A stretch of 64,000 bases of DNA from the IMG/VR virus record IMGVR_UViG_3300017989_000063, one strand, 5' to 3'. The position numbers were made by a program, and so were the translations under genes. The notes below the pieces were generated by a model, which saw only the letters and a list, made by a program, of their open reading frames with translations, searched no databases and had not been told where the DNA came from. This stretch comes from an uncultured virus (IMG/VR IMGVR_UViG_3300017989_000063) (Duplodnaviria; Heunggongvirae; Uroviricota; Caudoviricetes). Position 1 is the stretch's first letter, and every line of letters begins with the position of its first letter. Shown piece by piece: positions 9,919-20,349 of the stretch.

Positions 9919-10625
9919 TCCCCTCTTCGTTCCAGGACGAGCTCGCCAAGATCGCTGGCGCCCCCGGATCTGTGGTGGCTCCCCCTACCACCAGCTTCAA
10001 GGACTTCAAGAAGAAGCTGCGGCCCGGCGACATCGTTCTCGCCAAGCGGGTCGAGCCAGCCATCAAGAGCGACATCGTCAACATCTTCCAGCGCATCCGC
10101 AACAAGAACAGCCCTCTGTCCGACTGGACCCACGCCGGGCTTTACATCGGGGATGGGAAGATCAGGCACAGCTACACCCCCTACAAGGGGATGAGCAAGG
10201 CCGTGGGGGAGAGTGGCTACCAGGTGCGCGACCAGGACATGGACTTCCTGCGCGAGAAGCGCAACGCTGAATTCATGGCCTTCCGCCCCAAGCTCCCAGC
10301 CAAGGAGCGACAGCAGGCCGTGAAGCGCTCGGAGGAGTACCGAGGTCTGGCCTACGCGACCATGGACGCCATCCGGGCCGGAGTGCTACCGGCGAAGCGC
10401 AAGGACGAGGAGAAGGCCCCCGGCAAGCTCATCTGCACCGCGGTGCCTGCGTTCGCCTACTCCGACGAGGAGCTCGTCCCTGGGAAGTCCAGGCGCCACA
10501 TCCTGCCCATCGACTTCGCGCTGAGCAAGAAGCTGAAGCCGGTGGCGACGCTCGAGAAGGAGGGATCGATTCCGCCTTCGTTCTTCGACGAGCTCGCGGA
10601 GATCTCCGCGGCCGCGTCACGGTAG
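9915..10625 (+). CDS. Permuted papain-like amidase (YiiX/YaeF, NlpC/P60 superfamily)
   Basis: LRPGDIVL, WTHAGLYIGDG (His) and C-terminal LICTAV (Cys), in the permuted His-before-Cys order. Confidence 0.75.
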   Translation: MIPSSFQDELAKIAGAPGSVVAPPTTSFKDFKKKLRPGDIVLAKRVEPAIKSDIVNIFQRIRNKNSPLSDWTHAGLYIGDGKIRHSYTPYKGMSKAVGESGYQVRDQDMDFLREKRNAEFMAFRPKLPAKERQQAVKRSEEYRGLAYATMDAIRAGVLPAKRKDEEKAPGKLICTAVPAFAYSDEELVPGKSRRHILPIDFALSKKLKPVATLEKEGSIPPSFFDELAEISAAASR

Positions 10626-10767
10626 CGAGGGGAGGTCGGCAGGTATGGATCTCTACATCAAGCGACGAGGCATCGTGGAGGGAGTCTCGCAGCTTCTCGA
10701 GGCCACAAGGGGTGCACCCCTACGGAAGTAGCCCCGGGGGTCCTACCTCCAATAGCTCCCCTGGGTT

Positions 10768-10807
10768 GGGCTCCCCCCGTCCTTCGCGGTTGGGCGGGGG
10801 GTTGCCC
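10768..10807. terminator. Hairpin between convergent genes
   Basis: CCCCCCGTCC...GGGCGGGGGG stem between the + virion module and a - strand gene. Confidence 0.5.
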
Positions 10808-10809
10808 TC

Positions 10810-11028
10810 CTACTCACCAGCTGCTCGTTTGAGGATGGCGTCGACGATGTCGAGCCGAGATCGGTCGGCGTTGATCTCGTGGCGGGCTCGGCGGATGATG
10901 CCGCAGACGATGGCATTGAGTGACACCTTGATGCCCCGGCGGGCGTAGTCGCCCTTCAGCCCTCGGAGGAACGTGCGGATCTCCTCGTCGAACCTCAAGC
11001 TCATCCTGTAGGGGTCGTCGGTCGCCAT
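10810..11028 (-). CDS. Arc/ribbon-helix-helix-like DNA-binding protein
   Basis: YRMSLRFDEEIRTFL...SLNAIVCGII fits the RHH strand-helix-helix pattern; divergent from the accessory gene block. Confidence 0.6.
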   Translation of the reverse strand: MATDDPYRMSLRFDEEIRTFLRGLKGDYARRGIKVSLNAIVCGIIRRARHEINADRSRLDIVDAILKRAAGE

Positions 11029-11067
11029 GAGTGGGATTCTGCTCCAGCAGCCCAACAAAGTCAAGGC

Positions 11068-11120
11068 TTGACAGCAAATTGTCAGCTTGCAATAGCATGT
11101 GGGGACATGCTATAGCATGT
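11068..11120. promoter_or_regulatory. Divergent promoter/operator region
   Basis: TTGACA at 11068 within the inverted repeat TGACA-N6-TGTCA; perfect 16-bp palindrome ACATGCTATAGCATGT at 11105-11120; extra half-site TAGCATGT at 11093-11100. Confidence 0.65.
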
Positions 11121-11136
11121 TCCTGGAGGTAGGCAC

Positions 11137-12105
11137 ATGAAGAAGGTCGGCTTGTACCGCAGGCACCAGGCTCCTGGGGAAGAGGAGCGGGAGCCACTCA
11201 CCATCCACAATATGGCGACACCGGAGGGGATCAACGTCCTCGGCTCGATCGCAGCCGTGGCGCTGTTCCGTCACCGGTTCCTCGCCCTGCACCTGGACAG
11301 CGACGGGGTCGTCCGGGTGGTCCAGAACGAGGCCATCGGCGTCGACTGGAACCTCAACGACCAGCTGACGGAGCAGCGGGCCGCCCGGGTGGAGCACGCC
11401 CTGCAGCAGCAGACGGGCGACATCGAGAGCCGGCTGGACCTGATGCCCGAGGAGCAGGCCATCGGATACCTGTCCGACGCCGGCTGGGACGACACCCAGA
11501 TCGGCTCCTACCTCGAGCGTAGGGACCTCCGGCTGTCCGGCGGGGGCAACGGAGTGTCCCAGCCCCAGTACGTCGCTCCTGCGGCTCCTCCGGCGCCCCA
11601 GACCCCCATTCCGGGCCCGTCGCCGGCCGTTCCAGGCCACTCGGCGCCGATCCCGGCCGGAGTGCCGGTCCAGGAGGCCCCTGCGCCCCCCGGAATGCCC
11701 ATCCCGCCGGCCGTCCCTGGCTACGGCCAGACGGTGCACCAGGCGGTCCAGGGCCAGCTCGAGCGAGAGCAGCACGTCCAGGAGGTGGCCTCGAGGGCCT
11801 CGCCGACCACCCCCAGCGTGGGGTCCTACGGGACACCCACGACGGTCGAGCAGGTCCCCCAGGACCCACCAGGCGATCTGGTGGGCTTCCTGTCCAGCCA
11901 GGGCGGCCTAGGCAGCCCCCCGCAGCCCCGGCCGGCTCCGCCGGCGCCCGAGCTGCAGCCGGCCTACGGCAACGGTGACGTCCAGACCGTGCAGCTCCCC
12001 ACCAACATCTCGCAGGACAACGAGTTCGGCGGCCCACCCGAGGACGCGGCGCCGGCGCCCGACTTCGGACTCCTCCGGCCCGGGATGGGACCTGACGAGG
12101 ATTGA
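11137..12105 (+). CDS. Proline-rich hypothetical protein
   Basis: GGAGGT RBS; globular N-terminus and long Pro-rich tail. Confidence 0.65.
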   Translation: MKKVGLYRRHQAPGEEEREPLTIHNMATPEGINVLGSIAAVALFRHRFLALHLDSDGVVRVVQNEAIGVDWNLNDQLTEQRAARVEHALQQQTGDIESRLDLMPEEQAIGYLSDAGWDDTQIGSYLERRDLRLSGGGNGVSQPQYVAPAAPPAPQTPIPGPSPAVPGHSAPIPAGVPVQEAPAPPGMPIPPAVPGYGQTVHQAVQGQLEREQHVQEVASRASPTTPSVGSYGTPTTVEQVPQDPPGDLVGFLSSQGGLGSPPQPRPAPPAPELQPAYGNGDVQTVQLPTNISQDNEFGGPPEDAAPAPDFGLLRPGMGPDED

Positions 12106-12130
12106 CAGCGCCGTCCAGGCGCGCGACAAT
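12102..12130 (+). promoter_or_regulatory. Sigma70-like promoter
   Basis: TTGACA-N17-GACAAT at the start of an intergenic gap. Confidence 0.5.
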
Positions 12131-12285
12131 GGAGCCCTCTCGAGGATGGGAACCCCTCAGGAGGGCTACCCGGATGAAGCCAGCAGACCCACGAACGGCC
12201 ACAGGTGAGGCGACTCCGCTTCCCCCGCCGGCGGACCACGAGGGGTGTCTGGGTACCGGGAGCTCGAGGGCAACCCTAGCAAGGC

Positions 12286-12795
12286 ATGGGCCGGGGTCCG
12301 CTGGACTGGGGGACGCTCTTGGCTGAGGACCAGCTCCGATCCGACTCGCCTCCGGACATCTGCGCCGTCTGCAGCAACACCCAGTTCGTGCCGGCGCCCA
12401 TCAGCGAGAAGCGCCTGGGCGACGTCAGGTGGAAGTGCCCCAACTGCAGGACCATCTACGACGCCCGGAAGCTGGTGGTTCACTCGGCCGCCGGCGTCCG
12501 CGATCGTCGCAGCAGCTTCTGGGTCCGGGAGGGCCGGGGAATCTGGCTGAAGCCCCGACCTCGAGCACTGGCCGACGACGGTCGGTTCCCACGGACCGGG
12601 AACCATCAGCAGGAGGCACTCCGCAGGTACGGTGAGCTGAGCGGACAGAACCGCACCGTGTCCGGCAGCTCGGAGAGCATCCCGATCGTGCAGCCGACCA
12701 CACCGGAGGCGGTGGCCGCGGCCAAGGCCCGCGTCGCTCGCATCCGCTACATGTACCCGATGCACCCCTCCAACGTGATCTGGAGTCTGGGGTAG
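12286..12795 (+). CDS. Zn-ribbon hypothetical protein
   Basis: CAVC...CPNC pairs. Confidence 0.55.
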   Translation: MGRGPLDWGTLLAEDQLRSDSPPDICAVCSNTQFVPAPISEKRLGDVRWKCPNCRTIYDARKLVVHSAAGVRDRRSSFWVREGRGIWLKPRPRALADDGRFPRTGNHQQEALRRYGELSGQNRTVSGSSESIPIVQPTTPEAVAAAKARVARIRYMYPMHPSNVIWSLG

Positions 12796-12808
12796 AAGGG
12801 AGGACGTC

Positions 12809-15587
12809 TTGGCGTCACTGCAGGATGGAGGAATGGATCTGGCGACGGCCAAGGCCCGTGTGATCGCCCTCGAGGCCGTCATCGGTGCGCTGCCACCGCT
12901 TCAGCGGTACCTGGCCGGGCTGAAGAACAGCCCTCTCGGGAGGATGCTCCAGGGCGCCAAGTACCGGGTCGCGCAGCTCCTCGCCTACAAGGCCGCAGGG
13001 AGAGTGCACGTCTAGCTCCTGCGAACTCGCTTCCTTTCCCGCTATAAGTCTGTTGATTCGGTAACCCCGTTACCTGTCGTTTTCTCTAAACAGGAGGGTG
13101 GCTATGGCCTCGTCCGTAACTGATCCGACCACGCGCTTCGACAGCATCAAGGATGCAATCGGGGCCATCCAGGAGGTGAGCCGCAAGCTCGAAGCACTGG
13201 AAACTGCACTCACCCAGAACAGCAACGTCGACACCGAGGACCTCGAGGAGTTCATTCGCGAGCAGTACAGGGAGATCGACAGCGCGCTCGAGTTCCTCGA
13301 GAAGAACAAGGAGGAGGTGAGGGCAGAGTCCGAGGACGTAACAAAGGCCATCACCAAGGCCATTAAATCGGCGGTTCAATCCGCCAAGCAGGGGTGAACC
13401 ATGGCTGACAAGGAGCCACTGATCACTGGAGACGGCGACGGACTGTTCGACAAGTTCCTCGTCATCCCCCGCTCGCGGATTGTCAAGCAGTCCACCGACC
13501 CGAGTACCGGCCTCGTGCGTGTCACGTTCGAGCCCGAGGTTCTCGACGTCTCCGAGCGGTACTTCGTCCTCAACCCCCGCGGCGACCAGGCCGCCCTGCT
13601 GGCGATGTCCGAGTACGCTCGCCACTGCTACCCGCGGCTCAACAGCGACATCCGCTCACGGGTGGCCTCCATCCGGCGCCGCGGGCAGATGAAGCTGTCC
13701 CGCACCGGGCAGCTCAACCTCTCGTGGATCGACTCGCGGCAGAGGGAGTAATCCATGCTGAACCTCGTCGACGCCCGCGACGACCTCCTCGAGCTCTTCG
13801 AGAGAATCACGGGGCTGAGCCAGGGCGACTACCTCGTTATCGAGGACGAGCCGGGCATCGCGCAGCACCGCATCGTCGTGGACTCCGAACAGGGCTTCTA
13901 CGAGCTCTTCTTCGCCCGCAGCCTCTACGAAGACGAGATGAGTCGCCCTGCCCTCGTCATCCGCCCACTGACCCAGAAGTGGCGGGTGGTGAAGATCGAG
14001 GATGGAGAGTTCGACGACGAACCGATCTGGCCCAACCGATTCGACACCCCCGAGCAAGCCCACGAGGCCCTCGAGGTCCATCTTCTGAACGTGCCGGTCA
14101 TCACTGCACGGTGGCTGGTCCAAGCAGTCCTCCCCGAGGAAGGGGAGACCCTCGTCCCGAAAGGAGCATGACCATGACCGCCCTGTCCGAGACCCAGAAG
14201 CTCGAAGTCCTCGTCGGCCTGGTGAAGGAGCGCCTCGAGAACGCCATCGAGAACCTCCGCAACGGCTCCGTGCCAGAGGAGGCTCTCGCCGGAGAGATCC
14301 TCAAGGAGATCCACCTCTGGCACACCCAGATCCTGCACGTCCAGGAGAGCCTCGAGGCCCTCTCGGAGGCGCAGGAGACGGAGGCCGGCCCGCTGCGCCA
14401 GTTCCTGGCCGACCTCGACTTCGACCCCGCCGCTCGCCTCGAGCACATCGCCGACATGATCCGGACCTGGAAGGACTCCAACAACTTCGTCCAGGGGCTG
14501 CTGTCCCAGGCCGGCATCCGGGCCGAGGGCCACGAGGACTTCGACGCCGAGTCGGCGCTGCGCCGGCTCAACGACACGTTCACGATGGTCGACCAGGCCG
14601 CCCAGTTCCTGCGCATCGTCAAGGAGCACATCTTCGACGAGCAGGACCAGGGCCCGGTCGGCACCAACGAGCTCACCCAGTGGGTCCTCGACAGCCACGC
14701 TCGGGAGAAGGACAGCCAGACGCTGAAGGACATCGCAGCCCTCATCTTCCTCCCGCAGGAGACCGTGGCCGCCGGCGAGTGGCGCAGCACCATCATCGGC
14801 CGCGTCAAGGACCTCCACGGCTTCGTCTCGGCCGTCGAGAGCTCCCTCATCGAGTTCCTGCCGGAAGGTCCCGAGCGCCTGTCCCAGGCGCTGAGGCTGA
14901 TGAACGAGCTCGGCGAGCTCTTCCGGCTCAAGTTCCCGCTCGTGATGATCGACACCCCCGAGGGCAAGAGGTGGGACTACGAGACCCACGGCAGCCCTCT
15001 CGCCTTCCTCCACAGCTTCCTTCCGCACGCCGAGCTCGAGCGCCCGCAGGGCGCCCCGCGGTGCTGGGGCAAGGGCCCGGATGCGAACGACACGGCTTGC
15101 CAGGAGTGCGGATTCCGGGCATCATGCCAGCTGAAGTTCGAGAGGGCAACGAGAGATGAAGAGGGTACACGGCAAGCGGGGAGAGGTCCGCTGCCCGGCG
15201 ACGGGGGCCATGATCGCCCTCGCCCGCTGCAGGGAGTGGAAGAGCCAGGGTCTGAAGACTAGCTGTGCTCTGTGCGAGGCCGTCCCGGTCTACGAGGAAG
15301 ACTTCTCTGGGACCACGCCGCAGGCGGGCACGTACTCCGACAAGGGTGAGAGACTGCAGGACTTCCGCTGCATCGAACCTGGATGCAGGACCTCGGTCTC
15401 GAAGCAAGGAGTGCGCTGCCCGGCCTGTGCCGTGAAGCGTCGCAAGCAGAAGAAGCCCCCGCTGCCCCCGTCTCGCTGCGTCGTCTGTGGGAAGACCATC
15501 TCCCGCGGATCGGAGCGCTGTCATGCGCACTTCGTCGAGCACCGACGCAAGCAGAACGAGGCCAAGAAGAAGAGGAGAGCGAAGTGA
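12809..15587 (+). other. Cluster of hypothetical CDSs (12809-13015, 13104-13397, 13401-13751, 13755-14171, 14168-15262, 15156-15587)
   Basis: Abutting + strand ORFs with RBSs; includes coiled-coil and multi-CxxC Zn-finger proteins. Confidence 0.6.
13031..13056 (+). promoter_or_regulatory. Recurring TATAAG promoter-like motif, copy 1
   Basis: Pyrimidine tract + CCCGC-TATAAG (13043), intergenic, upstream of an AGGAGG RBS. Confidence 0.55.
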
Positions 15588-16198
15588 GTCGTCGACGAGC
15601 GGCGGACGAAGCCCTCGCGGACCGTCCGACCGATAACTACCCGACCCCGACGTGGGTCACCAACCAGTTCATCACGGAGGTGCTACGGAAGGAGTACCCC
15701 GAAGTCTCCGGGCCATTCCTAGATCCCTGCGCCGGCGAGGGGCACCTCATCAGCGTCATCGAGCTCTTCGGCTACCGAACTGCAGCCGTGGACATCCAGC
15801 CAGGTCACGAGGAAAGTCTCAAGTCTATCACAGAGGGCGTCGTCATCGCGAACTTCCTTCAGATGGATCCCAGGGACGTGCCCTTCGCCCGGAGCGTCAT
15901 CACCAACCCACCGTTCACGTTCAACCAGGAGTTCATCGAGGAGTGCGTGCGCGGCCCTCACCTCTTCGACTTCGTCGCATTCCTGATGCGCCTGCCGATG
16001 CTGTCTTCGGTGAAGCGCTACGAGTGGTGGCATCAGGACGATCTGGCTCCCGAGCACATCTACGTACTCTCTGCCAGGCCCAAGTTCCTGGGCGGAGGCA
16101 ACGACATGAGCGACTACGCCTGGTTCGTCTGGCGTCCTAACGAGAGCTCGTCGTGGCCGTGCAAGATCAGCATCCTACCACCAGGAGGTACGAGATGA
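15584..16198 (+). CDS. DNA amino-methyltransferase (N6-adenine type)
   Basis: SAM-binding FLDPCAGEG and catalytic VITNPPF; N-terminal DNYPTP and C-terminal DYAWFVW typical of small phage MTases. Confidence 0.85.
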   Translation: MSRRRAADEALADRPTDNYPTPTWVTNQFITEVLRKEYPEVSGPFLDPCAGEGHLISVIELFGYRTAAVDIQPGHEESLKSITEGVVIANFLQMDPRDVPFARSVITNPPFTFNQEFIEECVRGPHLFDFVAFLMRLPMLSSVKRYEWWHQDDLAPEHIYVLSARPKFLGGGNDMSDYAWFVWRPNESSSWPCKISILPPGGTR

Positions 16199-17147
16199 GT
16201 GAGGAGAGCAGAGAGCGACTGGACGAGTGTCGCAGGATGTCCTCGGCCCGCAATCAGGGGAGCCAGATCATCGGCGAGTTCATCGAGTGGCTCGGTGAGC
16301 AGGGATACACGATCTGCGAGGATACGGGCAGCGAGGTCGACAACTACTGGCCTACTTCCAAGCGCACCGAGCAGCTCTTGGCCGACTTTTTCGGCATCGA
16401 TCTGAACGAGGTCGAGGCCGAGCGGAGACGTCTGCTGGAGAACCTGCGCGACAGTCGCAGTTGGGACAAGGCGGCGGAAGGAGGTTCCACATGAGCGATC
16501 AGGAGTGGGGTCCAGGCAACCGCCTGGACCAGTACGGAGAGGTCCTCTTCGGCACCGGAGACCGACAGAGGAAGGTGCCCATCTTCCACGGAGAGCACCC
16601 ACACTCCAGGAGGGACAACACCGACTACGTGGTCCTTCGGCCTGGCGGAGAGCCCATCGGCTTCGACGGCCACCGCCCCTGCACCAGGATCGAGATGAGC
16701 GAGCACAACTACCTCAAGACCTCGGGCCTGTCCGGAGACGAGGTGCGCAAGGGTGGCAGCTGCCGAATCTACTTCGACGAGCGTCTCGTCTATGGGTTCG
16801 GCTTCCGGGAGGTGACCGAGGCGCTGATCAGCGTGCGGCAGCTCATCATCAGGCTGATGGAGCATCCGGTGTGCCTCTGGAAGGCCCCAGTAGGGGGCAA
16901 CAAGTTTCCGGATCTCATCGGCCGCCGTTGCTACCACGGGGAGACACCCTGCGTCGTCCGGACGTACTTCCCGGAGCAGGGAGCCGCGATGTTCGAGCCT
17001 GCTCCGGGGGTGGAGATCCACGTCCCTGCCTGGTCGGTCGACCACGACGACGGGTTCCCGCTCCACGACGGCGAGCGCGACATCAAGGACGACATCCTCG
17101 CTCCGACCATCCACTGGTTCCGCGAGAAGCTCTGGCCTGGGGAGTAG
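16195..17147 (+). other. Two hypothetical CDSs (16195-16494, 16491-17147)
   Basis: ATGA-coupled ORFs with GGAGG RBS. Confidence 0.6.
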
Positions 17148-17149
17148 GC

Positions 17150-17758
17150 ATGAATCTCATCTACCGCGTCGGCCTCTTCTTCCTCCTCTATCTCGGTCTC
17201 TACTTCTGGTGGAGCCGGAACATCTACCGGAAGTCGAAGCTCCAGCGCGGGTTCGAGGGGCACGTTCGCCCTCGTCACACCCACTACGACCTGCGCAACG
17301 TGATTCGCAGCAAAGAGTGGCGGAAGGACACGATCCTGCACGAGCTCGGCGATGCCATCGGCTGGCCCCGGTACTTCGAGGAGGGCACGCGCATCGCCGG
17401 CCGCGACTGCGACGAGTTCGCGGTGTGGATCCTCGACGCTGCACGGGACGAGTTCGTCGACGACAACGGCAGGTCCTACGCTCCCGTCGGTCTGCTGACC
17501 GTCCTCTGGAGAGTGGGCTGGAAGGCCAAGGGCCACAACGTCGCCCTGCTGAAGTCCGAGGACGACGACTGGGAGACGCCGCTCTACTGGCACTGCTCCA
17601 ACTGGCGCAACGGCCACCTCTACGGTCCGTTCCCCTCCCCCCGCGTGGCCGCGGCCAACGTGGCCTCCCTCGCCGAGCATCCCCCTCTCGCGTGGAGCCT
17701 GCGGACGGCCGACTTGAAGAAGCGGATCGACTACCGCTTCGTGGGCCTGGTGGCGTGA
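17150..17758 (+). CDS. Membrane-anchored transglutaminase-like cysteine protease fold protein
   Basis: N-terminal hydrophobic helix, RDCDEFA (Cys) and GHNVAL (His) motifs. Confidence 0.5.
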   Translation: MNLIYRVGLFFLLYLGLYFWWSRNIYRKSKLQRGFEGHVRPRHTHYDLRNVIRSKEWRKDTILHELGDAIGWPRYFEEGTRIAGRDCDEFAVWILDAARDEFVDDNGRSYAPVGLLTVLWRVGWKAKGHNVALLKSEDDDWETPLYWHCSNWRNGHLYGPFPSPRVAAANVASLAEHPPLAWSLRTADLKKRIDYRFVGLVA

Positions 17759-18577
17759 AGACCCTCGAGGACTGGGTCAGGGAGGCCCTGGGGCAGGCTC
17801 CCAGACGCGGACCCGATCCTCGGGTGCAGGGGATGAGCCCCGAGGAGATCGCAGAAGCACACCGTCGGGTGGGCGAGGCGTTCGGCATCCACGGTGAGAT
17901 GTTCTCCGACTGGTTCAACCAGAAGGATCCCACCCAGCCGAGCAACGCCCGCCCCTACCCGACAGGAGACAACCGCCGCTTCGGGCCCATCTCCGACCCG
18001 CGGGTCAGGGCGACGATGCGGCTGGAGTTCGCGCGTCAGCGACTCCGAGAGATGGGAGGCATGGATGATCAGTGAGAGCGAGCTCCACGAGATGGTGCAG
18101 GCCCTTCGGCCGGGGCTCACACCCGACAACCTCACCAAGCTGCTGGACGCCGCGGTCGAGGACCGGGTGTGGAACATGCTCGCTGAGGCAGGCCTGTGGA
18201 AGCACAAGAGCGAGCTGCAGTGGGGAGATACCGAGGACGCGATCAAGGTCGGCGAGTGGATCCAGGCCACCGCCGCTTCCCGACTGGCTACGGCCATCAT
18301 CAAGATCGGTGTCCAGACAGGAGGTGGGTGATGGCAGGGTTCCAGAACACCAGGGGCATCAAGCCTCGCACTCGCCCGCGGATGGCGACGGCACGACAGA
18401 AGGAGACCATCGACGAGATGGACCTCGGCTACACGAGTCCGGCTCTCGACGCACTGACGATGGACGAGGCATCGGCCATCATCTCCGAGGAGATCGAGCG
18501 CCGAGAGTCCGAGCGAGAGGAGTGTGAAGACGGTCCCCTCGACTGGGACAGCTACAAGTAGGTCTCCGCACCCCTCC

Positions 18578-18623
18578 AGAAGAGCCCGTCGGCTCTTCTC
18601 ATTACCTGGTATAAGATCTATGA
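18578..18623 (+). promoter_or_regulatory. Terminator-like hairpin followed by TATAAG motif copy 2
   Basis: AGAAGAGCC-CGTC-GGCTCTTCT hairpin (18578-18599), then CCTGG-TATAAG at 18610. Confidence 0.55.
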
Positions 18624-19161
18624 ATCCGAACCCACTACTTACGGGAGGTACTGATGTCCGTATCGAGGAAGTTCTACGGAATGATCTATGCAGACACCGA
18701 CGCCTGCAACCTCTTCAAGCTCTTCTACGGAATGTCCATCTGGGACTTCGCCGAGTTCGATGAGAAGATCGAGGTGCACCACATCGAGATGGGGATGGCC
18801 CGGATCGACATCGCCCTGACCGACATCCCGCCAGGGGTAGAGTTCCTGGAGGCCTGGGCCTACGAGGCGCTCGAGCGCGAGTGCCGGATCTACGGCCGCT
18901 GGTGTGAGCTCTCCCTCGAGGACGAGCCCTGGATGGGCACGTTCCTCGTGCTGTCCGACGAGCGCCGCGTGGTGTTCTCGCAGCTCTCCTTCGACGGCGG
19001 TATCCTGATGCGGCCGCTCGAGCGCAACCCGCGGTGGCCCGTCCCCCTCGACACGATGCAGAAGGAGCGAATCCCTCCGGAGGAGACGCATCGGGTCTCG
19101 TTCCGGCGGGGGGCTTCGGCTCCCGAGGTGACGAGCGATACGAGCGGGGAGGAGGACTGAC

Positions 19162-19461
19162 ATGGGCACTGGACACCTGCCGAAGTACTTCGTGGCCGAC
19201 ATCAGCACGGCCCACATCACCAGAGAGGATGCTGCCAGGCTCGACCAGGAGGCAATCGGCCATCCTCCGGTCAGATACCCTCTCGGGGAGTACGGGTGGC
19301 TCATCAACGTGGAGCCGTCGGACTGGGTCACGATGAAGGAGCTGGGCTACAGCGACGCGCTCCTCGCCATCCTGATGCGCTGCAAGAAGGAGAACTGTTC
19401 CTTCCTGCGGCTCGACCGAGACGGCCCGACCGTCGAGGGGTTGACTGTCTTCGACTGGTAG
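19162..19461 (+). CDS. DUF5983-like hypothetical protein
   Basis: ISTAHIT...YGWLI...LRLDRDGP...FDW motif set. Confidence 0.55.
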   Translation: MGTGHLPKYFVADISTAHITREDAARLDQEAIGHPPVRYPLGEYGWLINVEPSDWVTMKELGYSDALLAILMRCKKENCSFLRLDRDGPTVEGLTVFDW

Positions 19462-19470
19462 GAGGACAGC

Positions 19471-19797
19471 ATGTCCGAAATGTTCACCTGTGTGTGCACC
19501 TCCGCCGACTACGAGGAGCCCGAGTTCTTCACAGAGAAGATGGTCACAGCCCACAAGGAGCACCGCTGCTGCGAGTGCCACGAGCTGATCAAGAAGGGCG
19601 ACCGTTACGAGCTCGTGCGGGGGAAGTGGGACGGGTCGTTCGGCACCTACAAGACGTGTCGCATCTGTGCTCAGATCCGCAAGGACTTCATGTCGTGCGG
19701 GTGGACCTACGGGGATCTCTGGTCGGATCTCGCAGAGGCCCTGGCAGAGAAGAACCCTGAAACCGGACGCTGGGAAGCGCCCGCCTGGCTGGAGTAA
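19471..19797 (+). CDS. Conserved phage Zn-binding protein
   Basis: KEHRCCEC...IKKGDRYE...GKWDG...KTCRIC. Confidence 0.6.
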   Translation: MSEMFTCVCTSADYEEPEFFTEKMVTAHKEHRCCECHELIKKGDRYELVRGKWDGSFGTYKTCRICAQIRKDFMSCGWTYGDLWSDLAEALAEKNPETGRWEAPAWLE

Positions 19798-19800
19798 GAG

Positions 19801-20349
19801 ATGAGCATCGAGGTCACGAAAGAGAAGGTACTGGAGGCGCTGTTCCGGGATGGTAAGTCCACCATCCGCGCACTCGACAAGGACATCCCTGGGTTCTCCA
19901 AGGATCAGATCTGGGCTGCGGTCAGCCAGCTCAAGACCAACGGCTATGTCCAGGAACGGGTGGAGTTCTCGCTGACCGACAAGGGCAAGAGCTACTGGAG
20001 GGGTCACCTCGAGGCCTACCCCACGGTCGAGAATGGGATGCTCTGCCCGATCTGCAAGAAGGGGACCTTGCGCGGGTTTGTCGGGTCTTCGTCCTTGCGT
20101 TGTGATGGATGCGGGCGGCTGTGGGTCCCGGACCCTACTCACGTTGACGTGCCCGATGTCACCAAGTCGAGCTACTCTGTGCGGCATGTACCGAAGGCGA
20201 CATGCCCGAAGTGTTGCACCCAGACCGTGGGTCACCTGCTCGACGACGATCGTCCGGGCTCCGCCTCGTTCTACATTTGCTGGAGCTGCCACTGGGTAGG
20301 CCAAGCCAGGGTGGGCGAGGTGAGCCCTGGAAAGAGAGGTGCGTCGTGA
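19801..20349 (+). CDS. Winged-helix plus Zn-ribbon protein
   Basis: wHTH ending FSLTDKG followed by four CxxC pairs. Confidence 0.55.
   Translation: MSIEVTKEKVLEALFRDGKSTIRALDKDIPGFSKDQIWAAVSQLKTNGYVQERVEFSLTDKGKSYWRGHLEAYPTVENGMLCPICKKGTLRGFVGSSSLRCDGCGRLWVPDPTHVDVPDVTKSSYSVRHVPKATCPKCCTQTVGHLLDDDRPGSASFYICWSCHWVGQARVGEVSPGKRGAS

Noticed and set aside
12130..12285. Possible ribozyme or riboswitch in the gap after the sigma70-like promoter
   Set aside because: Some hairpin potential, but no exact hammerhead core (CUGAUGA...GAAA) or other recognisable consensus.
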